NCBI RefSeq assembly: GCF_009914755.1
Contig: NC_060928.1
Length of the DNA stretch: 64,000 nucleotides
Direction: 5' to 3' (one strand)
Source of the DNA: the human T2T-CHM13v2.0 reference genome, Homo sapiens
The translations under genes were made by a program, and so were the position numbers. Below the pieces are notes generated by a model. It was not told the DNA's origin and ran no database searches. It worked only from the letters and a program-made list of their open reading frames with translations. Within the stretch, counting starts at the first letter, position 1, and each line of letters begins with the position of its first letter. Below are positions 25,460-38,430 of the stretch, piece after piece.

Positions 25460-27682
25460 TTATGCTGCTGTTCTCCCCTCTCCTTCCCATTTTGATGGCC
25501 TTGGTAGTGTAAGACTCCCACCTCTTTGGGTTCCTGCACCATGTGCAATAACTCCATAACTTCCCTGTGGCATCCAGCGGGGGTTCCCAGAGGTTAGGAA
25601 CTCCCATTCTTTCCATATTGCAGCATGGGCATGTAGGATTAGATAAGCATACTTGTTATCTGTATACACATTTATTCTTTTTCCCTTTCCCAGTTCTAAG
25701 GCTCGGGTAAGTGCCACTAGTTCTGCTAACTGGGCACTGGTCCCTGGGGGAAGAGGCTTGCTTTCAAGTGTGGTTACATCACTATGGCGTAACCTGCCCT
25801 TCGTATCCCATTCTTCACAAATGAACTTCCATCGGTATATAGGTTAAGGTCAGGATTAGTTAAGGGGACTTCTAAGAGATCATCTCGGGCGGCATAAGTC
25901 TGGACTATAATTTGTTGGCAGTCATGCTCAATTGGTTCCCCATCCTCTGGGAGAAAAGTGGCAGGGTTGAGGGCCACGCACGTGCATATTTTAAGCACCA
26001 GTCCCTCAAGGAGTAGTGCCTGGCATCTAAGAGGCGGTTGTCTGATAGCCATAAACTTCCTTTGGCACCTAGTATGCCATTTACATCATGAGTAGTCCAG
26101 ACAGTGAGATCCTTTCCTTGTATTATTTTGATAGCCTCTGACGCTAAGACAGCCGCTGCTGCAACTACCCTTAAACAGTGAGGCCAGCCTTTGGCTACTA
26201 CATCAATTTCCTTACTTAGGTATGCCACTGGTTGTGGGGTTGTCCCACGAGTCTAAGGACTCCAAGAGCTATCTTGGCTCTCTCTGTGATGTATAAAGAG
26301 AAGTTCTGTCCTGTGGGAAGGCTTAAAGCTGGAGCTTGTACTAGAGCCTGCTTTAAGCTTTTGAAGGCTGTTTCTGCCTCTGGTTCCCTTTCAACTAGAT
26401 GAGTATTTGCCCTCTGGGTTTCCTTGATTAGAGTATAGAGGGGCCTGGCTATCTTGCTGTATCTGGAGATCCATAGTCAGCAAAAGCCAGTAATTCCAAG
26501 GAATCCCCGCAACTGTTTTAATGTCTTAGGGTGAGGATAAGCCAGTATAGGCTGTATTCATTCCTTGCTGAGGGCCCTGGTCCCTTTGGCTAAGATTAGG
26601 CTTAGATATTTAACCTGCTGTAGGCAAAGCTGGGCCTTCGACCTAGACACCTTGTACCCTTGATTAGCCAGAAAGTTCAAGAGATCCAGAGTAGCCTGCT
26701 GGCACGAGGCTTCCAAACTGGTAGCCAAAAGTAAATCATCCACATATTGAAGGACCAGAGTGCCTGGACTTGAGAAGTGGCCTAGATCCTGGGCCAGTGC
26801 CTGACCAAACAGATGAGGGCTATCCCTAAACCCTTGGGGCAAGACCATCTGTGTAAGTTGGGACGTGTGGTCTGTGGGATCCTCAAAAGCAAAGAGAAAC
26901 TGGGAGTCAGAGTGCAGGGGAATAAAGAAGAAGGCATCCTTGAGGTCCAGAACCGTGAACCATTCTGCTTCCCCTGGTATTTGAGAGAGCAGGGTATAGG
27001 GGTTGGGTACAACTGGATATAGAGGAATTACTGCCTCATTAATGAGTCTAAGATCTTGCACTAGTCTCCACTGACTGTTCGGTTTTTGTACTCCTAGAAC
27101 TGGGGTGTTGCAGGGACTGCTGCATTTCCTCACTAAGCCTTGAGCTTTTAAATGTTTAACAATATTCTATAATCCTTTATGAGCTTCAGGCCTTAAGGGA
27201 TATTGCCTTTGATACGGAAAAGTGGTGGGATCTTTTAACCTGATTTGGACTGGGCAGGCATTTTTTGCCCTTCCAAATTGTCCTTCCAATGCCCAGACTT
27301 CAGGGTTGATTCCCTCCTCAAGTAGGGGACAGCAAATGGGTAACTTTTTCCCCATATTCATGTAGATAATAGCTCCAGCCTTGGCTAATATATCCCTCCT
27401 TAATAAGGGTGTGGGACTTTCAGGAATAACAAAAAAGGCATGTGAAAAGAGCAAAGTCTCTCAATTACAACTGAGGATGTGGGAGAAATACCTGGTTACA
27501 GGCTGTCCCAGGATTCCTCGGGTGGTAACGGACCTTGAGGACAGTCATCCAGGACAGGAGATTAACCCTGAGAAGGCCGCGCCAGTGTCCAGGAGGAAGG
27601 CAATTTCCTGGCCCTCAATAGTTAAACATACCCGGGGCTCAGTGAGGGTGATGACATGAGCTGGCACTTGCCCCGGGCACCC
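25460..27682 (-). pseudogene. HERV9 pro-pol (protease, RT, RNase H; integrase absent; disrupted)
   Basis: FLLDTGAAFS (DTG at 27589-27581); WRLVQDLR, LDLKDAFF, LPQG and YVDDLLL in ORF 26558-27133; LYTDGSS and VYTDNKY RNase H motifs. Confidence 0.92.
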
Positions 27683-29139
27683 TCAGTCCTGTTGTCGCAT
27701 CATCTGGTTGGGGGCTTCTGACCCAGGGAACCTTCATCCTCTGGGGCAGTGCACCTTCCAGTGATTGCCTCAGCATAGTGGACATGGACGAGGGGGCAGC
27801 TTGTTTCTCATTGGACAATCTTTTTTAAAGTGTCCTAGTAAACCACACTGATAACAAGCCCTACCAGGTGATTGGCCTGCTCCATTTTCTGTCCTCTCTG
27901 AACCACCAAGGCTTGTTTGTCTGAGGGCCATGACTAAGGCTGTGGCCTTTCTCTGATCTTGCTTTTCCTTTTGGGCCTGTTCCTCTTGGTCCCTATTATA
28001 GGACACCGAGGTTGCCAGGTTTAATAATGCCTCTTGATTTTGTTCAGGGCCCAGGGCTTGCTTTTGGAGCTTTCTCCTGATATCTGCGGCTGATTGGGTA
28101 ATAAACTTACCCCCGAGTGATTCAGGTGACAGGGGAGTATATTTTCTTAAGGCCTCTCATAGCCGCTCGGGGAAGGCAGAAGGATTTTCTTCCTTTCCCT
28201 GAGTTATGGCGGATATCATTGAATAATTCATGGGCTTTTTTCTAATTCTCCTTAGTCCTTCTAGAACACAGGTCAACAGATGTTTACGACTCCAGTCCCC
28301 ATGATCTGAGTCAAGGTCCCAGTGGGGATCCATACTGGGGATGGCTTGCTGACTGGTAGGGAATTTGTCCCTTTCTTCAGCTGTCATTCCATCATTTACT
28401 TGACTAAGATACCGGGTATCTCCAAACTCTCGGGCTGCAGCTAAAGCCACATTCTTTTCATTAAAGGCCAGGGTTTGATCTAACAGTGGCATGACATCTC
28501 TCCAAGCGAGGTCAAAGGTTTGCCCTAGACCCTGTAGGACATCTATGTAGGTACATCTGTGTACCTCTCAGGATCATCTGAAAACTTCCCCAGGTCTGCC
28601 TTGATCTGTTTTAAATCAGAGAGGGAGAAGGGGACAGGTACCCGGGTTGGGCCAAATTCCCCTCCCCCTACAGCTTGAAGGGGACATAACCTATAGCCCA
28701 GGGGTTTTTATGGTCGTTTGGAGATTTCTTTGCTTATTTCCTTCTGGGCAGGGGAGATTAGAGGAGGATTATCACTAATAGGAAGGGGAGCTATAGGGAG
28801 GCTAGGATATGGGGATAAGCTGAGAGGTCCTCCTGTAGGATGTAAATTGTAAGCTTTGCATAGTTGTGTATTCTCCCTCAATGAAAAGAAAGCTTGGACA
28901 TAAGGTATTTCACTCCATTTCCCTTCCTTCTTACAGAAAAGATCAAGCTGCAGGATAGTATTATAATTTGTACTTCCCTCAGGTGGCCATTTTTCCCCAT
29001 CAGAGAGAGAATATTGGGGCCAAGCCATAGTGTAGAAAAAAATGAGCCATCTCTTTTTCAGGGTTAGTGGGTCAAATTGGTCCCAATGGCTTAGGATGCA
29101 TTTCAAGGGTGAGCCTGTTGATGCATGAGTGTTTCCCAT
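27683..29139 (-). pseudogene. HERV9 gag (disrupted)
   Basis: [17 protein letters not shown] matrix start; ITQGKEENPSAF major-homology-like region; zinc knuckle CYQCGLLGHFKKDC; TGA at 27685-27683; broken into several frames. Confidence 0.9.
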
Positions 29140-30433
29140 CTGAAAGGCAAAACCACCCGTGGTTTTGGTTTATTTTGTTTCTCCCCCTGCCCAAGAACCC
29201 ACAACGGTCCCTGGACCCTGCTGATTGGAATAGTTGCGCTCACCGATGCAGCAGCAGAAACAACCCCTGCCCAAGAACCCGCAACAGTCTCTGGACCCTG
29301 CTGATCAGAATAGTTGTGCTCACTGACGCAGCAGCGGAAACACTAGTTTTCCTCCCAGACCACATGGAGGACTGAGGAAGGTCGGATTTAGTGGTCCTTA
29401 CCAATGCATTCTCGAAAACCTGCACCCTTGCCTGTCTTCCTAGACCACAAGGAGGACCGACCACAAAAAATCGGATTTAGTGGCCCTTATGATGCATTCT
29501 CAAAAACCTGTTAGAGTCCTAAGCATTCTCCTGTTAGTATTGGGACTTTACCCCTGTCCTATAAAGATCTTATGCCCCAAAAATGAAGTGGAGGGCCATA
29601 CCCTGAGGGAGGGAAGGGATCTTCAGGGTTGGAAGAGTGACAGCTTTTTCCTCACTTATATGAATAGGAAGGATACAATTTCTGAGGCTCCCCATATCCT
29701 AGCTTCAGGAATAGCTTTTGTTAGGCCTGTTAGTCTCAGGAGGGATCCTAAAATTCCAGGTAGTCCCCACTATGACGGGGCTTTGGGCAAAAATCATGTC
29801 TTTCTGATTGGTGAGCCTGGGTGCCTAAAGAAGGTAACAGAGTCCTGGAGTTTATACTATAAATCATTCTTATAGGAGAAACTAGAAAAGCACCAGGGAC
29901 AGGTAGCAATTTTTAGAAGTGGGTCTAACCTCAGAGAAGACAGGCGAGAGGAAGTTTGTCTGGCAGGCATTAGGACCCAGGCGGCAAGGGTCAGGATAGA
30001 TAGGATAGATGGGTGAGTCTTTCTTGGGCGACATGCTTTTGAGAGTGCCGCTCATGGCCGCAGGGTCAGCCAACATGTTGTCGGGACCTTGGAGCTGCAT
30101 GGCTTTCCTCTCTGTCGACCCTCGGCTCAGCCCAGAAGTACAGGAAAAGCGGAAGCTGGTTCTAGGCAAACCAACGGTCCCAACTCCAAAGAGTCAGGGG
30201 TTGTTAGAGAGCCCTTTCCCAGACAGCCTGACACCCATGTCTTTAGTCCGGCAGCCTCACTAGTCTCTTTTAACTGGCCGACAGGTGCCCGGTATTTAGC
30301 CCCCGAAATTTTAAGGAAAAATAGGACAGAATAGCAAGCGAAAGGGGTCTGATGGTACTCACTGCTTGGCGATAGGCGATTGTCTCACCGCTCGGCGATA
30401 GGCGATGGTCTTACCGCTCGGCGATAGGCGAAA

Positions 30434-30451
30434 GTCCCTTCGTGGTTGCCA
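30434..30451 (-). promoter_or_regulatory. Primer binding site, tRNA-Arg type
   Basis: TGGCAACCACGAAGGGAC lies 3 nt inside the 5' LTR and is complementary to the 3' end of a tRNA-Arg(TCG)-like sequence, as expected for ERV9. Confidence 0.85.
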
Positions 30452-30454
30452 AGA

Positions 30455-31883
30455 TGTGTCCGGAATTGGTGGGTTCTTGGTCTCGCTGACTTCAAGAATG
30501 AAGCCGCGGACCCTCACGGTGAGTGTTACAGCTCTTAAGGTGGCGCGTCTGGAGTTTGTTCCTTCTGATGTTTGGATGTGTTCGGAGTTTGTTCCTTCTG
30601 GTGGGTTCGTGGTCTCACTGGCTCAGGAGTGAAGCTGCAGACCTTAGCGGTGAGTGTTACAGCTCTTAAGGCGGCGCGTCTGGAGTTGTTCGTTCCTCCC
30701 GGTGGGCTTATGGTCTCACTGGCTCAGGAGTGAAGCTGCAGACTTTCGCGGTGAGTGTTACAGCTCATAAAAGCAGTGTGGACCCAAAGAGTGAGCAGCA
30801 GCAAGATTTATTGCAAAGAGTGAAAGAACAAAGCTTCCACAGTGTGGAAGGGGACCTGAGCGGGTTGCCACTGCTGGCTCGGGCAGCCTGCTTTTATTCT
30901 CTTATCTGGCCCCACCCACGTCCTGCTAATTGGTAGAGCTGAGTGGTCTGTTTTGACAGGGCGCTGATAGGTGGGTTTACAATCCCTGAGCTAGACACAA
31001 AGGTTCTCCACATCCCCACCAGATTAGCTAGATACAGAGTGTCGACACAAAGGTTCTCCAGGGCCCCACCAGAATAGCTAGATACGGAGTGTCAATTGGT
31101 GCATTCACAAACCCTGAGCTAGACACAGGGTGCTGATTGGTGTATTTACAAACCTTGAGCTAGATACAGAGGGCCGATTGGTGTATTTGCAATCCCTGAG
31201 CTAGACATAAAAGTTCTCCATGTTCCCACCAGACTCAGGAGCCCAGCTGGCTTCACGCAGTGGATCCCGCACCAGGGCTGCAGGTGGAGCTGCCTGCCAG
31301 TCCCGGTGCTGTGTGCCCGCACTCCTCAGCCCTTGGGTGGTCGATGGGACTGGGCACCGTGGAGCAGGGGGTGGCACTTGTCGCGGAGGCTCGGGCCACA
31401 CAGGAGCCCATGGAGGGGGTGGGAGGCTCAGGCATGGCGGGCTGCAGGTCCTGAGCCCTGCCCCGCAGGAAGGCAGCTAAGGCCCGATGAGAAATGGAGC
31501 GCAGTGCCAGTGGGCTGGCACTGCTGGGGGACCCAGTACACCCTCCGCAGCTGCTAGCCCGGGTGCTAAGCCCCTCATTGCCTGGGGCCGGCAGGGCCGG
31601 CGGGCTGCTCCGAGTGCGGGGCCCGCCAAGCCCACGCCTACCCGGAACTCCAGCTGGCCTGCAAGCCCACGCGCAGCCCTGGTTCCCGCTGGCACCTGTC
31701 CCTCCACACCTCCCTGCAAGCTGAGGGAGCCGGCTCCGGCCTTGGCCAGCCCAGAAAGGGGCTCCCACAGTGCAGCAGTGGGCTGAAGGGCTCCTCAAGT
31801 GCCGCCAAAGTGGGAGCCCAGGCAGAGGAGGTGCCGAGAGCAAGCGAGGGCTGTGAGGACTGCCAGCACACTGTCACCTCTCA
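30455..31883 (-). mobile_element. 5' LTR (LTR12/LTR12C-like), 1429 bp
   Basis: Colinear with the other LTR, with one extra ~99-bp U5 repeat unit; AATAAAA 30898-30892. Confidence 0.93.
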
Positions 31884-32207
31884 AAAGTACAGTAGTATAG
31901 TACCTGATGCTGTTTTTTAGAGGGATTTAGGCATGCCAATGACTTTAGGGAGCTGCCGGTGGATTTTTTTTTAAGAGTTCTTAGTAGAATACTACTGTGA
32001 GTTTCTTATAATATTATTAAAATACCCGTCCCAGAAATGAGACAGATTCTGCAGGCTATATTCAAGGTAGCCATTAGGCACTGGGTAAGGCTCTATTTTT
32101 TTCATCAAAACTTGGAGTAAATTGTATAAATAACATTAAAATCATTAAGACGTTGAGGAATAATGCATGTTTTAATGCCATTGAAAAGAGTTCCAAAGTG
32201 ATGATGA

Positions 32208-32504
32208 ATTTTTTGTTTGTTTGTTTTAGACCTGCTCTATCGCCCAGGCTGGAGTGCAATGGCGTGATCTCGGCTGACCGCAGTATCTGCCTCCCGGGCA
32301 CAAACCATCTTCCCACCTCAGCCTCCTGAGTAGCTGGGACTATGGGCACACACGTCCACAGCCAGCTAATGTTTTTGTATTTTTGGTAGAGTTGGGGTTT
32401 CGCCATGTTGCCCAGGCTGGTCTCGAATTCCTGTGCCCAAGTGGTCTTCCCACCTCAACCTCCCAAAGTGCTGGGATTACTGGCATAAGCCACTGTACCT
32501 GGCT
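32208..32504 (-). mobile_element. AluJ-like
   Basis: Antisense dimer. Confidence 0.85.
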
Positions 32505-32560
32505 GACAATGAATTTTAAATAAGGATGTTTCTGAGTTTATGTTGTATCTCTCTCTCTCT

Positions 32561-32862
32561 CTTTTTTTTTTTTTTTTTTTTTTGAGACAGAGTTTCGCTC
32601 TTGCTGCCCAGGCTGGAGTGGAGTGCAATGGCGCAATCTCAGCTCACTGCAACCTCCGCCCCTGAGTTCAAGCCTTTCTCCAGCCTCAGCCTGCCGAGTA
32701 GCCTGGATTACGGTCGCCTGCCACCATGCCCAGCTAATTTTTTTTGTATTTTTATTAGAGACGGGGTTTCGCCATGCTCACGCCTGTAATCCCAGCACTT
32801 TGGGAGGCTGAGGTGGGCAGATCACCTGAAGTCAGGATTTTGAGACCTGCCTGGTCAATATG
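32561..32862 (-). mobile_element. Alu with inverted 5' segment (32776-32862)
   Basis: Antisense Alu from poly(T) to gtttcgccatg, then sense-oriented ctcacgcctgtaatccc...cctggtcaatatg. Confidence 0.88.
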
Positions 32863-33129
32863 CTTTATCTCTTTCTGGGACTTTGACATAAGAAGAGATT
32901 TCCAAAGGTTGTATTCTGCTAATGTAGTCTGGTATTTGAGAATGAGATATATCAATGCTCACATTTTATAAGGATGACTTCATCCTTGATATGTGCTACC
33001 CCAAACATTGCAGTCGCAAGTGCATGCACAGAATAAGGGCCAGTTTTCAGTGACTACCGTATCACCATACGGAACTTCTCATGCTTGAGAGAGCCACTGG
33101 TAGCCATCTACCTTTCCTTTCCTTGTCAG

Positions 33130-33360
33130 TATAAATTTGGGGGATACAAATATAATTTTGTTACATGGATATATTGCATAGTGGTGAAATTAGGGCTTTT
33201 AGTGTATCCATCACCAGAATAATGTACATGGTACCCATTAAGTAGTTTCTCATCATCCACCGCCCCCAACCCTTCCAAGTCTCCACTGTCTATCATTCCA
33301 TACTCTATGTCTATGTGTACACATTATTTAGCTCCCACTTGTAAGTGAGAACATGCGTGT
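33130..33360 (-). mobile_element. L1 (L1PB/L1MA-like) 3' end
   Basis: ttttgttacatggatatattgcatagtggtgaa...ttagctcccacttgtaagtgagaacatg. Confidence 0.8.
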
Positions 33361-33369
33361 ACCCAATTT

Positions 33370-33691
33370 CTTTTTTCCTTCTTTTTTTTTTTTTTAAGAC
33401 AGAGTCTTGCTCTGTCATCCAGGCTGGAGTGCACGGGCACGATCTCGGCTTGCTGCAACCCCTGCCTCCCAGATTCAAGCAAACAGATTCAAGCAATTCT
33501 CGTGCCTCAGCCTCCCAAGTTGCTAGGATTACAGGCCTGTGCCACCGCACCAGGCTAATTTTTGTATTTTTAGTAGAGACGGGGTTTCACCATGTTGGCA
33601 AGGCTGGTCTCAAACTCCTGGTCTTAAGCCATCCACCTGCCTCAGCCTCCCAAAATGCTGGGATTATAAGCATGAGCCCCTGCACCCAGCT
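33370..33691 (-). mobile_element. AluS
   Basis: Antisense dimer with a small internal duplication (agattcaagcaa x2). Confidence 0.88.
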
Positions 33692-35212
33692 GGTGTGTAC
33701 CAAATTTCTGACTTTAAAGGAAGGGCAGTTATTTGTTCCCTGAAAGTTGAGCACAAAAAGAAGAAATAAGCTTTAGTTTCCAGTGATTAAGGATTTGAAA
33801 AATAGTTACTGGTAGTTCAATTTACTTTGTTTTTTAACTATGCCTGTTCATGCTGATCACGTACAGGTTATCTCTATCTTGTCACTGGAATTGGATTGTT
33901 TCTCATTGGCTTAATTAAATTTATTGCACAGGAAGAGTCTTCCTGGAACATTTAAGCTATACCTGATTTATTAACTACAGCTCTCTCATTTTCTTATAAA
34001 TTAATTAAGAGTTTGATCTACCATTCCTCTTCTGAAAAGAAAACAGTGTTTCTCTACCTTTTTGGTAGAAGAGTTACTAAAAAAAAACTAGCTATTATTT
34101 GTCTCTTTTTTCAACCTGGCAAAGCACAGTATATAAATATTGTTTGTTTTATCTATAACCAAATTTAATTGCCTTGGAATATTACTTTTTGCCAAGTCTA
34201 CTGCCAAGTTAATTTTATTAGGGTATAATTAACAGTCGTCAAAGAAAAGCTACTTAATTTATTTCCACAGGAATTCAGAAGAAAAAAAGAATATGGGTTT
34301 AAAACCAATTACTTTCCTTTAAAATTGTAGGTAAAATTCAAAGTCGCATATGTTAAAATTTAGAACACAGAAGTAGAAATGATCAAGTTCTGCCAGCTCA
34401 TTGAATAGACTAACCCTCTTTTCCATGTCCTCTGTACCTCTGTCAGAATGTTTGCTGTCATTTGTATGTATGTGAGCCAGGAACAGTGGGTTGTACAAAA
34501 CAACTTCAGCATCACCATAAACTTCAGAGAAATCATGTTTCTCACAACAAAGCAGCTCTGTGCATGGCCTTTAGTTGGCTGCCTGGAAAATGACTGCACT
34601 CGACAACTGCCAGGTCAATGTAGACGTTCATGTTAATTTTTCAAGTTGGGAAACAACATGCCTATTGTTAGGGGATAGAAACGTGAGAGATTAAGCAATG
34701 AGCAACTTTACAAGCGACTAACTGAAGGAAGCTTGATTCAGTAAGAAGGGAGAAATAGTAGCTTCACTTACCATTATTAGTTTATTGCTTCTGCTACTCA
34801 GAGAAGCTGGAGGAGAGGAGAAAATAGATCTGGTCGATATTATTTCAGGGCTAGTTGGAAAGAGAATAAATGCACAAAGGAGCTTGCTTGGAGAGATGAC
34901 CCCTGCATGTGAATGTTAGAAGAGCTATGTCTGCAAGGTATGAAGCTTCATTGGATTTATTTGTATTTTTAAAAAATAGAATATAGTAAAATGACCATTT
35001 ATAAGGAGTATTTCAGGACACATCATTTGCCAGTTTGAACTAAGTGTTATTAAACTTAATGTTTTAAATAGATATAGTTGAGAGTGCGAATATAAAAAAA
35101 ATAGGACAGGAAAGATGTTTTTTGTTCTAGCTATTTTATTTCTTATATAATCTTGATACTTAAATTACTTTCTTTTGGATTCAAAACAAAAATAATACTT
35201 TTAAAATATTTA

Positions 35213-35512
35213 GGCTGGGCTTAGTTGCTCATGCCTGCAATCCCAACACTTTGGGAAGCTGAAACAGGAGGATCACTTGAGCTTGGAAGTTTGAGACCAG
35301 CCTAAGCAACATAGTGAGACCCCCATCTCTACTAAAAATTTGAAAAATTAGCTGGTTGTGCTGGTGTGCACCTGTAATCCCACCTATTTGGGAGGCTGAG
35401 GCTGGAGGATCACTTGAGCCCAGGAGATCAAGGTTGCAATGAGCTATGATCATCCACTGCACTCCAGGCTAGGCTACAGAGTGAAACCCTGTCTCAAAAT
35501 AAATAAATAAAT
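35213..35512 (+). mobile_element. AluJ
   Basis: gagcccaggagatcaaggttgcaatgagctatgatc. Confidence 0.88.
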
Positions 35513-35604
35513 ATTTAGGCTATGTTTTCTAAAATTTTATACATTGTGCTGAATGCTATTTTCCTTGTAATGAAAAGCCAATAAAACATTTCTGTCAATT
35601 TTCT

Positions 35605-35737
35605 TGTTTTCTTTCTTTTTTTAGAGACAGTCTTGTTATGTTGCTCAGGCTGGACTCAAACTCCTGGCCTCAGGCAAGTCTCCTGCTTTGGCCTCCCAAA
35701 ATGCTGAGATTACAGGCGTGAGCCACAATGCCTGGCC
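35605..35737 (-). mobile_element. FLAM / Alu left monomer
   Basis: agagacagtcttgttatgttgctcaggctgg...gcctggcc. Confidence 0.8.
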
Positions 35738-38189
35738 TCTTGTCATTTTTCTAAGGCTTTCCTAACATCCTGGTTTCACCTTTGAATCTACAACCTAGCT
35801 TACTTTCTGTGTTTCTTACTTCCCTGTTCTTACTTTCAGTATGAGCAGTAAAAGGTGTAGTCAGAGAAATGTGGCTCACTCTTCAGCTCTGAGTGTCTAC
35901 CTCTCACCTTGTATTTGTGCAGTTGGTGGCTGGGTATGTGGTGGTAACTGGATGAGTGATGGAGTCCAGAATAATTGCCATCATTTGTTTAATGTCTCCC
36001 ATGTGGCACGTAATGTACATAGTGTCTCACTAGTCCTCACAATAATTCTGTAAGAAGGGGCACTGTAAAAAGGACATTAGTGGCAATTTAGAGAAGAAGA
36101 AAGTGGGCCTTTAAGAGTTTATATAACTCCCCCAAATCACTTAACACATTTAGTTAAGAAGCGGGGTCAGAGGACAGCAGCAATGAAAAACACAAGAATT
36201 CCTTTCTGAGATGAAACGGGAGTGAAAGGCATCTCAAAGGTCTGACAATGTAATTCCCAGACCCAAGCCTCCCTGGAAAATAGAAAATGCAAAAGAAGAT
36301 TAGAGCAGAAGACTAAATGTGGAACAATTTGGGATAAATAAAATCTGAGGGTCCTGGTGAGAAAGCAATTAAGAAAGCTAGAGAAGGTGTCTAGAGCCCC
36401 ATTTAATTTACATTTCATTGAATAACAGGAGAATGATTATGTGAGACTTGTTAAAACTTGCATTTTGTTGGTAAAGTTTATCCTCTACTTCCCCATTGTG
36501 ATTTGTAGCAGTAACCCTTAGAAAATTTCAGACCAGCCAATGTTTATTCCAGGGACTGGGTAAAAAGAGAGAAGCCTGTGTTATTTTCTGCATTTAGCTG
36601 TGATGAACAGAATCTCTGATCTGAGGCAGTAACTGATGTCAGTGCAATAGGTAGCCAGCAGGTCAACTCCTGTCCCTAAGGATTTATACCAGATGAAGGT
36701 CTTGTGACCTTCCAGAGGAAACAGAAAGGACAGAGAAGGAGGCAACGAAACTACTTTAAGACTTCGGTGACAGTGCTGCTCCCTCAGTGCCATCCCTCTA
36801 CCCCACTACCTTTCTCCTTCTTTAGCTTTTGTTCTAAATTATTTCTCAGAGTCCCAGTAACCCTAGGTGTTATCTCTCTGCTCATTCTAGGTCCCTTTCC
36901 TTCCAGAACCCTTGAAGTTTGAGTTTACATTTTTGGAAGGATGCCAGGGATTAGCCCAGTTAGTAGATCAAGCTTCTAAGGGTTAAACTAGTGGAGGGAG
37001 ACTTTTTACCTCTACCTGTGGGGTCTTCCCAAAATCTGATGAATATGCAGAGCCCGAAACTGAGTCTGGAAAGCCAGAGAGGACTTTGAACATATTCTAA
37101 AACTAAGGACTCTAAAAATAGGTCTTAAAAGCCAGGAATCAAGGGTTAGGGGAAGAGAAAAAGAGTTGCAGGTTTAGAGTAAGGGGGCAGCGGGCCTGGA
37201 AATTGCCAAGAACCAGCATTATAGTTTAATAGCACCAGAGTAATGGGAGGATGGGTTGGGGGTGGACAGTGTGTGTGAAGAGACCAGGAAAGGTGCAAAG
37301 TTCCTGTTGCCCATCAGGCTGAGGAGGAGAAAGAAATGTATTCCTGACATCTCACGTTGAGATTTAGAATACCTTTCTCCCTAGGAAAAAAAATACGTAC
37401 TAGATTAGATTTCTAGGCTAGCCTGCTAAAATAGTTTCCTCATAATGAACTTGAAATACAGATTCTAAGTATCATGAGAAAAATCTTGGTAGAAAACAGT
37501 GGGTTATCAAATGAACTTTTGAATTAGGTTCCACTAATAAGAGGGGAATCACCTGTAAATTAGAATTAAAGAAGAGTTAGCCATACTTTAGTAGTTTATC
37601 ATGGCTTACACATATTCATTAAGATTATTTACTATTAATTCTTTAAAAATTTAAAAAATAATAGTGACACTTTTGAAGAGTATTGATTAGTTATTTTATC
37701 AAATATCCCTCAGTTTGTCTTATCTGATATTTTCTCATAATTGGAATGAGGTTTTGTATTTTTGGCATGAAAACTACAAAATTATGTTTTCTTTTCAGTA
37801 TGTTGTATCAGGGTTCATAATATTGATATGTGTTATTATTAGTGATGTTTACCTTGATTATTTTATTATATTTGCGATCTACTAGGAAATACCTTACAGG
37901 TTGGAGGAGACTTAAGAGAAATAACTAAATGCAATGTGGGTTCTGACAGGAACCTAGGAAAAGGATATTAGTGGCAAAATTGGTGAAATTAAAAGAAGGT
38001 GTGAAGTTTAGTTAACAATATTCCAATGTTCCAATTGGTTCCAAGTACCAACGCTCATTTCCTGTTCTAGATAATTGTACTATGGTCATAAAAGATGTTA
38101 ATATTAGGGGAAGAGGAGTGAAGGAAATAAAGGTACTCTCTGTACTATCTTCTGTAAATCTAATATTAACTCAAAATAAAAAGTTAAAA

Positions 38190-38430
38190 AATAATGCTAT
38201 CTAACACTTATATAGTGCTTCCTATTTGCCACATGTACTCTGCATCTATTAACTCTGGCTCTTTTCAACAACCCTGTGAGGGGAACTGCTATTATCACTA
38301 TTTGACATATGAGGAGACCTAGATACAGAGAGGTAAGAAGCATGTCCAGTGTCACATGGCTGTGAATTGGTCACATAGCTAGAAAGTGGCTGAGTTGGGA
38401 TTTGAACTGAGGCACTTTGGATCCAGAAAT
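38190..38430. mobile_element. MIR
   Basis: acaaccctgtgagg..tattatc..gaggagacct..cagagaggtaag..tgtcacatggct..gggatttgaac. Confidence 0.7.

Larger units (their letters stand above)
23195..31883 (-). mobile_element. HERV9 (ERV9) provirus with LTR12-type LTRs, internally deleted
   Basis: Two LTRs reading TGAGAGGTGACAG...GGACACA on the minus strand; TSD AAAG at 23191-23194 and 31884-31887; gag, pro, RT, RNase H and env TM remnants. Confidence 0.96.

Noticed and set aside
26558-27133. 191-aa reverse transcriptase ORF with YVDD as a possible novel RT system
   Set aside because: It is a fragment of the decayed HERV9 pol, cut off by frameshifts and stops on both sides.
33940-33948. Isolated GAS motif TTCCTGGAA (another lies near 41225 in the MLT1D)
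   Set aside because: A six-base-specified motif is expected many times by chance in 64 kb, and there is no supporting cluster.
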